NCBI GenBank assembly: GCA_037142195.1
Contig: JBAXBA010000060.1
Span: 1 to 22,385 of the forward strand
Source of the DNA: Pseudomonadota bacterium
Lineage (GTDB): Bacteria > Bdellovibrionota_B > Oligoflexia > Oligoflexales > CAIMVM01
DNA length: 22,385 bases
Direction of reading: 5' to 3'
Shown: piece after piece, positions 8,783 through 17,115 of the stretch
Layout of the letters: each line of letters begins with the position of its first letter
Numbering within the stretch: position 1 is the first letter of the stretch
Translations under genes and position numbers: made by a program
The notes under the pieces: model-generated
What the model was told of the DNA's origin: nothing
The model's input: the letters and a program-made list of their open reading frames with translations, nothing else
The model's database searches: none

Positions 8783-10313
8783 GGGGGGTCCTCTCCAATT
8801 CTTTCAATTGCTCTATTGAGGATAGAATGAAACCGTGTTTTGCAAGTTTCGACGAATAAACTTCATGTCGCTCAATGAGTCGTCTTAATGTGGAGCGATA
8901 AGCCAATTCGATGATCTCACACCGAATTCTATATCTCATAGGTGATCCAGACATGATCCTGGTAATATTCTCATCAGGTTGGAGGACAATAAAATCGACA
9001 TCAGGATACCGCTCAGTAAGGTGGGCTAGTGTAGACTGAAACCTTGTATAAACTAGAGCTTTAACAGTTTGTATGAGTGCAAAAATTCCGCCTTCTTTTT
9101 CTACCGTTCCTGGAACTTGGCTTGCAAAAGGCTTAAGTGGATCTATAACAAAGATAAGCTGACATCCGGCAGAGACCAGCAGCTCAAGGTTTGACGTGCG
9201 AGTCACTTGGCCGTCGATAAATCTACGATTGCCAATAGTAACTGGTGTGTAGAAAGGGGGAAGTGCGCACGAAGCGCGAACTGCTTCTGAGATTGTCGGA
9301 TTATCTTTTAATCCCAATCCAAAAACTTCATGAGTCAATTGATCTTGGTCGGTGGCACCAATGTAAAGAGTCGATTTTAGGGATTGAAATTCATTGCTAG
9401 TCCCGGAATATGCCGCTAAGACCTGCTCAAAAAAAGCTTTGAGACCTTCGCCTTTGAAAAATCCAGTAGGTATACCCTTAATCAAATTGTTAACCCATTT
9501 TGAGGGATCTAATTTGTCTCTCAGAGAGCTAGACTCTAAGATGCGCGTGGCAATGTCTCTAGCAGCTAAGTCATAGATGCTGGAACTTTTTAAAGGGGGC
9601 AACACTTTCGAGGTCCCATATACGGAACGAATGAGCTCAAGCGGGTCTATGCCATTAGCAAAGAAGCTGGAAAGAATAGAACCAGAACTTACCCCTGAAT
9701 AGACATCAAGCATGAGAAGGTTCTTCTGCGGTAACGCAAGATTAAACGCGTGTGAAGCTCCCAGCTGATAGAGGAATCCTTCCAGGGCACCTCCGCTCAT
9801 GGCCATGCCTGCTTTGGGATTGATACTCTTTCGAACCTCAACAGCAAGGATTTTGGCTATCCAACTCAATATTTTTCCTGCACTGTGGGGATCTACGAGC
9901 ACGTCCTGAACGTGCTTACGTCCGAGATTGAAGGCCCTGTGAGTGGCGTCTGGAGTGTCTTCTAGAATTGCCAAAGCACGTTTTAGGGGGAATTGAAAGT
10001 CTGGCCCCCAAGAGGAAGCCAGCTCAAGGACCACTTGCGCATAGAGTTCGAAGGCGACTAAGGCGCTCTTGGAGTTTTTTCTCTCATCATAGACGAGGAT
10101 GTCTAAATCCGTCTTCTTTAAGATACTTTCTATGGGGTCGTTGCTTTCTAGCAAATAGATCGTCAAATCTAATGGTGCTACTGCTGGGTGGGCGATCTTA
10201 AGTATCGCATCATGATGGGAGCTCAAATAGGGTGCAGCTCCAATGCGCAAGAGACTTTTTTTTGTTTCTTGAAGTTGTTCAGCTGAAGCTACATAGAGTA
10301 AGTTTCGCTTCAT
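8772..10313 (-). CDS. Patatin-like phospholipase with an N-terminal receiver-like domain
   Basis: Oxyanion motif SGGALEG, nucleophile GVSSG, ASCALP, DGQ (DGx). About 160 aa N-terminal alpha/beta region containing DILVYDE. Confidence 0.85.
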   Translation of the reverse strand: MKRNLLYVASAEQLQETKKSLLRIGAAPYLSSHHDAILKIAHPAVAPLDLTIYLLESNDPIESILKKTDLDILVYDERKNSKSALVAFELYAQVVLELASSWGPDFQFPLKRALAILEDTPDATHRAFNLGRKHVQDVLVDPHSAGKILSWIAKILAVEVRKSINPKAGMAMSGGALEGFLYQLGASHAFNLALPQKNLLMLDVYSGVSSGSILSSFFANGIDPLELIRSVYGTSKVLPPLKSSSIYDLAARDIATRILESSSLRDKLDPSKWVNNLIKGIPTGFFKGEGLKAFFEQVLAAYSGTSNEFQSLKSTLYIGATDQDQLTHEVFGLGLKDNPTISEAVRASCALPPFYTPVTIGNRRFIDGQVTRTSNLELLVSAGCQLIFVIDPLKPFASQVPGTVEKEGGIFALIQTVKALVYTRFQSTLAHLTERYPDVDFIVLQPDENITRIMSGSPMRYRIRCEIIELAYRSTLRRLIERHEVYSSKLAKHGFILSSIEQLKELERTPLDI

Positions 10314-12235
10314 GGGGACGTTCTTTCTTTGGAAATTTCTTGAAACAATGTTTCCACATCTTGGTACCCTACTAGCGTACGTTTATTTTCAAATTGGCTA
10401 AGGCCGCCGCGTGGAATAATAGTAACTGTGGGTAAACTTTTAATATCGTATTTTTCTTGGATCGCATCAGTCAAATCGTTCGCTTCAGTTAAATCAAGCT
10501 TTAAAAGTACCCAATGATGATCTGCAAGTTCTTTGCGAATCTTTGGATTCATGAAAGTTTCAATTTCCATTTTTTTACATGCGATGCACCATTCTGCCCA
10601 GGTGTCGACTAATATCGGCCTATTTTCGTCTTTTCCTAGTTGATAGGCCTGGTCTTCTGAGGCTATCCACGGAATCTTATCTGAATTTGTAGTACTAAAT
10701 CTAGATTCAAAAAGGCAAAAAACAGCTACTCCAGAAATGACCGCTGGAAGGATGTGAAGGCTCTTCTTTTCAAATAGACTTCTGGAAATCAGAATCAATC
10801 CAAACATGGTTAGGGAAATGAGGCCCAAAATTCTTCCCAGCTGGATCGTATAGGGCTCCACAAATCCCCAAAGGCCAGCAAATGGGATTTTAAGATATAT
10901 CAAGGATACGGAAAAAATTACGCCTGCAAAAAGTGTTTTGACAGTCACTTGAACGCGTGGGCTGAACCGTTTTTTAGGAATACTCGCGCTAAACGCTCCG
11001 AGAAAAACATAAGGCAACGCAAACCCAAAACTGTAGACACCTAGTAACAAGACAGCTTCTGCAGGGTTCTGACGACTGGAAGTCACAGCTAAAAGCGATG
11101 CTAAAATAGGACCCGTGCATGGTGATGCTACAAGACCAGCTCCTATCCCCATCAAAAAAGCATTGGACTTGGTGTGACTTGCACCCCCTACTTTGCTTCC
11201 CATGTTTTGTAGCCAAGAGAGATTTCCATATCCGAGCATGGTAAATGCCATAATAATCATGATAATCGCAAGGACGATATTGAAAGTTGGAGATGCCATG
11301 AAAGATCCAAAAACACTGCCGGACCAAGCTGCGATAAGGCCGAGTAACGTATAAGTTACCAATATACCAAGACCATAAAGGAGAGAGGCCGTCTTAGCAG
11401 ACGCTCCCTGATGAGCTAAAACCCTCAGAGTAATAGGAATCATCGGGTAAACGCAGGGAGTGAGATTGGTAAGGAGTCCTCCGATAAAAACCAGACTTAC
11501 CAAAAGCCAAAAGGAAACTTTCCCTTTCAGTCTTTCAGCAATTTTTGATTCCCAAGACTTGGTCTCACCAGAGGAGATGGAAGGAGTCGCCGGCTCAAGG
11601 CTGTCTTTTCCAGGGGCTGGAGCCAGCGTCAAATCCGGGTGGTTTTTTTCTAAGTCTCCGTTTATCGAAGCGCCGCCCTGAGATCCAGCCGGAGTCTTTG
11701 AGGTTAAGGGCATGGAATTTTCAGATGGAGTCTCTTCCAGTACGCGAAGCCTAACCTGGGCTGTGTAGGGAAATAGACAAATGCGCGTCGTACAGCCCAA
11801 TGACCTCACCCCGAAAAGAATTTCAGGGGTTTTAATCTTATCAAAGGCGACAAGTTCCAATTCAAATGTGCCGTCATCGTAAACTTCCACATCCTTGCCT
11901 GTAAGGGGATCCTTTTTAACAACGTGGGGTGGGGCATTTACTTTTAATAAATTGATACCCGGTGGTGGGAGAAACTCGAGCTTGTCTTTGTAAATAGAAA
12001 AGTCTCGCCTCGTTTCTAGTTTTAATTGTATCTTTATTGCGCCGTCTTTAGTGACGGTCGCACGATCCCCTGACCAAAGGATCACTTCAGACGGCAGGAT
12101 ATCAACTAGAGGTGCCTCATTGGGAGTGCCTAATAATACGTTTTTAGAGACTTCGTCATTGGCCCAACTTTGTTCGGATCGGCCTAGAGAAAGCAATAAT
12201 AGAAATAGTAACAATCCACTGACTTTACAAACCAT
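10310..12235 (-). CDS. dsbD: Thiol:disulfide interchange protein DsbD (complete alpha, beta and gamma domains)
   Basis: Signal peptide; alpha-domain CTTRIC; TM cysteines in LTPCVYPMIP and ASPCTGP; thioredoxin WCIAC. Confidence 0.92.
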   Translation of the reverse strand: MVCKVSGLLLFLLLLSLGRSEQSWANDEVSKNVLLGTPNEAPLVDILPSEVILWSGDRATVTKDGAIKIQLKLETRRDFSIYKDKLEFLPPPGINLLKVNAPPHVVKKDPLTGKDVEVYDDGTFELELVAFDKIKTPEILFGVRSLGCTTRICLFPYTAQVRLRVLEETPSENSMPLTSKTPAGSQGGASINGDLEKNHPDLTLAPAPGKDSLEPATPSISSGETKSWESKIAERLKGKVSFWLLVSLVFIGGLLTNLTPCVYPMIPITLRVLAHQGASAKTASLLYGLGILVTYTLLGLIAAWSGSVFGSFMASPTFNIVLAIIMIIMAFTMLGYGNLSWLQNMGSKVGGASHTKSNAFLMGIGAGLVASPCTGPILASLLAVTSSRQNPAEAVLLLGVYSFGFALPYVFLGAFSASIPKKRFSPRVQVTVKTLFAGVIFSVSLIYLKIPFAGLWGFVEPYTIQLGRILGLISLTMFGLILISRSLFEKKSLHILPAVISGVAVFCLFESRFSTTNSDKIPWIASEDQAYQLGKDENRPILVDTWAEWCIACKKMEIETFMNPKIRKELADHHWVLLKLDLTEANDLTDAIQEKYDIKSLPTVTIIPRGGLSQFENKRTLVGYQDVETLFQEISKERTSP

Positions 12236-12519
12236 CTAGATAAGGCTCCCTATTGGAATAGATCCAACATACCACGAACGAAATAGGAATCCAAAGGCTC
12301 AACAGCGGGTCTTTGCCATATCCTCCCCTGCGTCCGCCTGCTTAGTACTATTAACAAAAAGGGTCACAGGCCCTTGAAAGGGTCCCGTTTGGCCCCATTT
12401 TCTGATTTAAGAGGGTTCACGGTCTTAAGCGAATTTGCCGCAATTAGCCGATATTATGGGAAAAAAAGCTACAACGGAAGCCTCTTGACTTTCTGACTCA
12501 CTAAAAAATGATCAAATGC

Positions 12520-12548
12520 TTGACGAAACCTCCGTCATTGCTTAAAAG
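12520..12548 (+). promoter_or_regulatory. Putative sigma70 promoter for rplX
   Basis: TTGACG (12520-12525), 17 nt spacer, TAAAAG (12543-12548). Confidence 0.55.
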
Positions 12549-12554
12549 GTTTGG

Positions 12555-12721
12555 TTCCTGGCACGATGCTCCACGGCATAAGTTGGGGCGATTTTTAGGG
12601 TCTGAGTTAAATGAGATTTTGGGACATAAAGTGATCGAATGAGCACTTTATGTTTCTGCAAATAGCTGCTTTCTGCAAAGAGCAGCTAAACAAATAACCA
12701 ATTAGGTTAAGGATTTATAGA
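12555..12721 (+). ncRNA. Candidate structured 5' leader of rplX
   Basis: Consecutive hairpins: GCTCCA/TGGGGC (12568-12589); ACATAAAGTG/CACTTTATGT (12624-12653); TAGCTGCT/AGCAGCTA (12663-12688); TAACC/GGTTA (12695-12709), adjoining SD TAAGGA (12708-12713). Confidence 0.45.
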
Positions 12722-13051
12722 ATGTCTAAATACGAAGTTAAATGTAAGTTAAAAAAAGGCGACGAAGTTATTGTACTTAAAGGTCGCGCCAAAGGTGTTG
12801 TTGGAAAAATCGATGCTGTAATTCGTAAGGATTTGAACGTCCTTTTAGCGGGTGCAAACATTTCAAAAAAACACGTTAAACCAGACCTCAAGAATCCAGA
12901 TGGTGGAATTGTTGACAAAGCGATGCCCATTGCTATCAGCAATGTAGCTTTGGTTGACCCAAAGACTAGAAAAGCAACTCGCATTGGTTACAAGATCGAA
13001 GCGGGACAAAAAGTTCGTTTTGCAAAGAAATCTGGCGTTGTTTTGTCTTAA
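12722..13051 (+). CDS. rplX: 50S ribosomal protein uL24
   Basis: KOW motif KKGDEVIVLKGRAKG, KKHVKP, GGIVDKAMPIAISNVALVDP, TRIGYK, KVRFAKKSG. Confidence 0.97.
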   Translation: MSKYEVKCKLKKGDEVIVLKGRAKGVVGKIDAVIRKDLNVLLAGANISKKHVKPDLKNPDGGIVDKAMPIAISNVALVDPKTRKATRIGYKIEAGQKVRFAKKSGVVLS

Positions 13052-13076
13052 TTTAGTTTGGATCTAAAATAGAAAT

Positions 13077-13101
13077 GAGTGGCCTTCAGGGGCCACTTTT
13101 T
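13077..13101 (+). terminator. Intrinsic terminator of rplX
   Basis: AGTGGCC-TTCAGG-GGCCACT followed by TTTT. Confidence 0.85.
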
Positions 13102-13744
13102 AATTTTTCTTGCCAAGAGATTAGGCCATCCTTAATGAGACTGCCCAGTAGTGGCATATCGCTAAAGATAGACAGCTCGACTTGCTGGGGTATTTTCCAT
13201 TCAAAAATTTCGAGGGTTTCAATCTACATTCCTGTTGGTAAGTAGTGTTTTTCCAAGAATCTTTCGATATAGAGTTCAAATCTTGTACCAGTAATAGAAA
13301 GTCTTTCGTTCTCCTATCCTTCAGAGCCTACTTGCCGAAATTGCTAAATGGGATGCGGTTCAAGGCAGGCCAAGGTCACAAGGTAAGATCAATTTATTCC
13401 TGGAAAGTTTGCTAGGAGTCGCTCCTGGATATTTGAAAAGAGAGAACTTTAGATATCCTACTTTTAATCGCATGGTATCATCGCTATTCCTTTGGGAATA
13501 TGTGCGAGGAGTCCGCTGAAAAGGACGTCCTCATAATATGTCCCCACCGTAATTAGCTATCTCTCCATCCCTCTCTTTTTTTCCCGCGTAGCGAATGGCT
13601 TCCTGTTGCCAGGACATAACTTTAATGGAGGCAATTCCGCAAAAGAAAAATTGGGTGTCTAATAACTGAAGTAGGTGGCTATGAGCGGGCCAAAAGTTCT
13701 TATGGCGCAGATAAAAAAATTTCTACTTTGAGGGATGGAAAGCA

Positions 13745-14743
13745 ATGATAAGATATTTCTTTTTGAACCTATGCATTCTGTCAATAAGCATGGGTTGCCG
13801 CTCTCAAGGGCAACCTGATCTTATATCTAACGAATTGCAAGGTGCTACAGGAAAGAAATACTGTGGCGTTCCTAATGAGTCAGATTTTTCGGCTACCGAG
13901 GTGGAATCTCAAAGCGAATCAGCAATCTTAGATGTTCAAAGTAGCCCAAAGTTTACTGAAGCGAAAACGATACTAAAAATTCAGTCTCCTAGCGAGAAAA
14001 ATTGGATTTTAAATGCTTTAACTCCCCTCAATATGGGATGTGACAGTTTTCATAAGAAAGGCATACTTGCATATGGAAAAGAGTCTTATGTTAGCTTTGC
14101 CAATCTATTGCTATCTTTGTACCTTCCGCCGAAAGAAAACGGACTTGCACCTTTGAGTACAAAATTTAAATCTTCCCGTAGTAATGATTTAACGTCTCAA
14201 TATCCGATAGTCGACATGTTGCGCACGATAAATGTCAAAGTTACTGATAATCCTTTAGGAAAGACTCGCGTAGCAGGTGAGAAAGTTCTCGATTCCAATC
14301 CTCTCAGTGATCAGCAATTGACGACTTTAAAAGAAAATATGAAGGAAGGGATTCTAACTAGCTATCACTATGATAAACCTTGGAAAAATGCCTATGGGGA
14401 TATGGTAACAGGTGATTTTCTTGGCTACGCGAAAGGGTCCAACGTAGAACGGCACTTGAAAGAAATGAATGACGTCTTTATAAATGAAACTAGGTCAAGT
14501 AACGAACAAAAGTATATAGAAGCAACTGCTCGCATGGTCCGCCGTTGCGTGGGGATACATCCTTTTCACGATGGTAACGGTAGAAGTTGTACGCTTTTAG
14601 GCGTATGGGCCCTCGGTCAGAAAAACATTCCTCACTCAGTGATTTGGGCGGGAGATGATGTCTTGTTGAGTCCGACAGAGTGGGCCCAAAGATTTCAAAA
14701 GGGCGTAGACTATCATCGAGCTCTTATTGCTAGTGGTATTTAA
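13745..14743 (+). CDS. Fic (Fido) domain protein with N-terminal lipoprotein-type signal peptide
   Basis: HPFHDGNGR at 14558-14584. N-terminus MIRYFFLNLCILSISMG-C. Confidence 0.85.
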   Translation: MIRYFFLNLCILSISMGCRSQGQPDLISNELQGATGKKYCGVPNESDFSATEVESQSESAILDVQSSPKFTEAKTILKIQSPSEKNWILNALTPLNMGCDSFHKKGILAYGKESYVSFANLLLSLYLPPKENGLAPLSTKFKSSRSNDLTSQYPIVDMLRTINVKVTDNPLGKTRVAGEKVLDSNPLSDQQLTTLKENMKEGILTSYHYDKPWKNAYGDMVTGDFLGYAKGSNVERHLKEMNDVFINETRSSNEQKYIEATARMVRRCVGIHPFHDGNGRSCTLLGVWALGQKNIPHSVIWAGDDVLLSPTEWAQRFQKGVDYHRALIASGI

Positions 14744-15194
14744 AGAGTCTGATAATAGTGGAAACTTCAAGAAAATTGACCTTACTCTTCAAAAAAGAAA
14801 TTACTGGATTGATTCATTCCGAAACTTCGTAGTAGTTGGTGGATTTCTATCCTTTACTGAGATCGAGCACCGCATTCCTAAAGAAAGTCTTTACATTTTT
14901 GTTCGCATTAAAGTATCTCAAAAACATAGCCCGAATTTTCGACCTTGCTTAGGAACGGACATGGGTATAGACGCCGCCTACTTAGCGAGCTTTGGAAATG
15001 AAACCTGCGTGATGCCATGCAATTAACATTGTGGTCTTTAAGGTTTATGCCCTTTAAATGGAAACCAGGAAAATTTACTCACTATATTACCAAAAAAATC
15101 TAGAAGTCTTCAGCTCCTGTAGCTAGGGGCGAATCTCTCATATTAGATATAGTTTTAGACCTTTTTTTTGGGATTCTATCATTCAGGTCCATTG

Positions 15195-16649
15195 TTAGAG
15201 AGATTCTATTCTTGAGTCTAAAGACAGTAGAAACTTTATAAGCTGGTTCTTTTCCTTTTTTGTCAGATTCAATTCCTTTAAGGATTCTTCTCGATGACCT
15301 ATGGCGGGCTTATCAGGCAATGAAGAGTAATGATTGATGACTTGTTCTAAGCTTTCAAATCGACCATCATGCATATAAGGAGCCGTTAACTTTAAGTTTC
15401 TTAAAGTAGGTGTCTTAAAAGCATTCATAGACTCTAATCCATCCATCTTCAAATATTCGACTTCAGCACATTGTTCCAAATCAAAAAGTCTATTCGCAGC
15501 TCGAGCTTTTGCTACGTGCGGTGTTTTGCATCCAAATGGATGATTCTTGATTCCTTGCAATCCTTGAGCGCGGGCCGTGGGTAGTTTTTTTTCATCGATA
15601 TTGGAATTCCAGGGAAGTCCTATATTGTGAAATTGAGAATCGCTAAAGTTGGGACCAGAATGACAAAGATCGCAGTTACCTTTCCCCATGAAGAGATTCA
15701 GCCCGTCAAACTCATCCTGAGAAAAATCAGCGTCAAAAGCTTCTTGCATAGTTTTCGTGTTTGCTAATCTCTCGGCAAAACGATCAAAAGGGCTTTGTGT
15801 GGAAAGAATCGTTCTTTCGTAAGCTTCGATGGCTCCGGCGCTGTTAGTCGCGATTTCTGTTATCGCGCGCCTTAACTCCTCATCATTAGCGCCGGGAGTC
15901 TGCATGACCTGGGTTTCAGCGGGCTGCTTAGAACCATTGGACAAGTCTACACCAGCAGAGAGCATTGCAAATTGATCTTGCGGTGACCTTGCGCCTTGGC
16001 CAGCAAGTTTTAAGATATGATCGAGGGCTGAAAAAGACCCCATAGTCGCAATTCCATAGATACGAAGCGAAGGTGGCAGAAGATTTGCGGAGGGAGCAGG
16101 GGGAGCTAGGGAATGGATGGCCTCTCTTTGGATGGATTTTACGACTCTATCTTCTAGAGGGCCATAAAGCTTGGTATAAGTATCCAAGTGCAATGTCAAA
16201 ACTTTTGCAGCAAGCTGCGCCATTGTAAGCCCTTGCTCCCTGGAGTCTAGCAATGGTCCTAATGCCTGAGCCGTGAGGGAGTCGGCCCGACCATCAGAAA
16301 AAAACCAAGAATTCATCGCGATATTTACTAGCGTAGGAGTGTTTCGTTCGGTAAGAGCAATTCCTACAGCAGTGGGTCTTCCATCTGTGAAAGATTTCCC
16401 CGGGTCGTGACAAGTGGCGCAGGAAACTCTTACATTAATGGATAACCTAGAATCCACAAACAGGATTTTTCCGAACTCAGCAAACCTACGCTCATAAGGG
16501 AGAGAGAATGACGGTGGAAATACGTGCGATTTAATTTTTTCTTTGAGCAGTTCTTCGCTCATGAGGCTTGGCAATTTAGGCTTCCACAAATCGGGAAACC
16601 ATAACCATGCTAAGACAGCAACTACAGCAGCAAACAACCATTTTTTCAA
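15195..16649 (-). CDS. Di-heme cytochrome c peroxidase/MauG family protein (likely start TTG 16649; ORF extends to 16709)
   Basis: Two heme motifs CATCH and CDLCH; GKILFVDSRLS, RNTPTLVN, FKTPTLRN, APYMHDGRF; N-terminal hydrophobic anchor KKWLFAAVVAVLAWLWF. Confidence 0.88.
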   Translation of the reverse strand: MKKWLFAAVVAVLAWLWFPDLWKPKLPSLMSEELLKEKIKSHVFPPSFSLPYERRFAEFGKILFVDSRLSINVRVSCATCHDPGKSFTDGRPTAVGIALTERNTPTLVNIAMNSWFFSDGRADSLTAQALGPLLDSREQGLTMAQLAAKVLTLHLDTYTKLYGPLEDRVVKSIQREAIHSLAPPAPSANLLPPSLRIYGIATMGSFSALDHILKLAGQGARSPQDQFAMLSAGVDLSNGSKQPAETQVMQTPGANDEELRRAITEIATNSAGAIEAYERTILSTQSPFDRFAERLANTKTMQEAFDADFSQDEFDGLNLFMGKGNCDLCHSGPNFSDSQFHNIGLPWNSNIDEKKLPTARAQGLQGIKNHPFGCKTPHVAKARAANRLFDLEQCAEVEYLKMDGLESMNAFKTPTLRNLKLTAPYMHDGRFESLEQVINHYSSLPDKPAIGHREESLKELNLTKKEKNQLIKFLLSLDSRIESL

Positions 16650-16712
16650 TTTGCTAAAAAAAGAATTAGAGTCTAATAACACAGAAATATTTCCTTCAAA
16701 GGGAGTCAAGTC

Positions 16713-17111
16713 TTGCTTTCATGCTCATCTTCCAAATTTAAACGAGTTATATTCTTATTCCTTATCCTTTTAGCGTCCGAAAAAGGCCGAGCGGGAGTTA
16801 TTGCTGAATTATCAGACACCGGTCTTTCTGCCAAGGCTTATATTCTGGGAAGCAGCATTCCCTTTAATTCTCTTTTCTCGATGAATGTTGTTCTAAATAA
16901 CGACAGTACGCCCCAAGAATTGATTGATTTTGAGGCTGTCATGCCCGCCCATAATCACGGAATGGTGCTAAAGTCTAAGATTACCCGCATGGGACCCAGA
17001 GAATGGCGTATAGATGGTTTGAAAATGCACATGAAGGGAAAATGGACACTCATATTTGAATGGGAGGCAAAAGGGAAGAAAAGTAAAACAACTTATGATA
17101 TCGTAATATAA
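16713..17111 (+). CDS. YtkA/FixH-like exported Ig-fold protein, putative copper chaperone
   Basis: SD GGGAG at 16701-16705; signal-like N-terminus; MPAHNHGM and GLKMHMKGKWTL motifs; directly upstream of the oxidase operon. Confidence 0.7.
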   Translation: MLSCSSSKFKRVIFLFLILLASEKGRAGVIAELSDTGLSAKAYILGSSIPFNSLFSMNVVLNNDSTPQELIDFEAVMPAHNHGMVLKSKITRMGPREWRIDGLKMHMKGKWTLIFEWEAKGKKSKTTYDIVI

Positions 17112-17115
17112 GCTA

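Noticed and set aside
12236..12319. Selenocysteine readthrough of the uORF (TGT-TGA, Cys-Sec), in frame with dsbD
   Set aside because: An in-frame TAG sits directly before the dsbD ATG, DsbD has its own signal peptide, and no convincing SECIS is visible.
12425..12454. TTAAG...GCCGATAT as a sigma28 promoter for rplX
   Set aside because: The -10 is good but the spacing to the TAAG box is 2-3 nt too long.
12240..13744. Known riboswitches or housekeeping RNAs (c-di-GMP-I, preQ1, fluoride, TPP, SRP, 6S) in the two long intergenic regions
   Set aside because: Only isolated fragments (a GAAA-like loop, AGAGGGTTC) were found by eye, without the full conserved cores. An Rfam scan is needed to exclude them formally.
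16650..16709. Peroxidase start at TTG 16709 as in the ORF track
   Set aside because: It would leave 3 bp to the divergent gene and overlap that gene's SD. TTG 16649 gives a typical MKKW-hydrophobic N-terminus.
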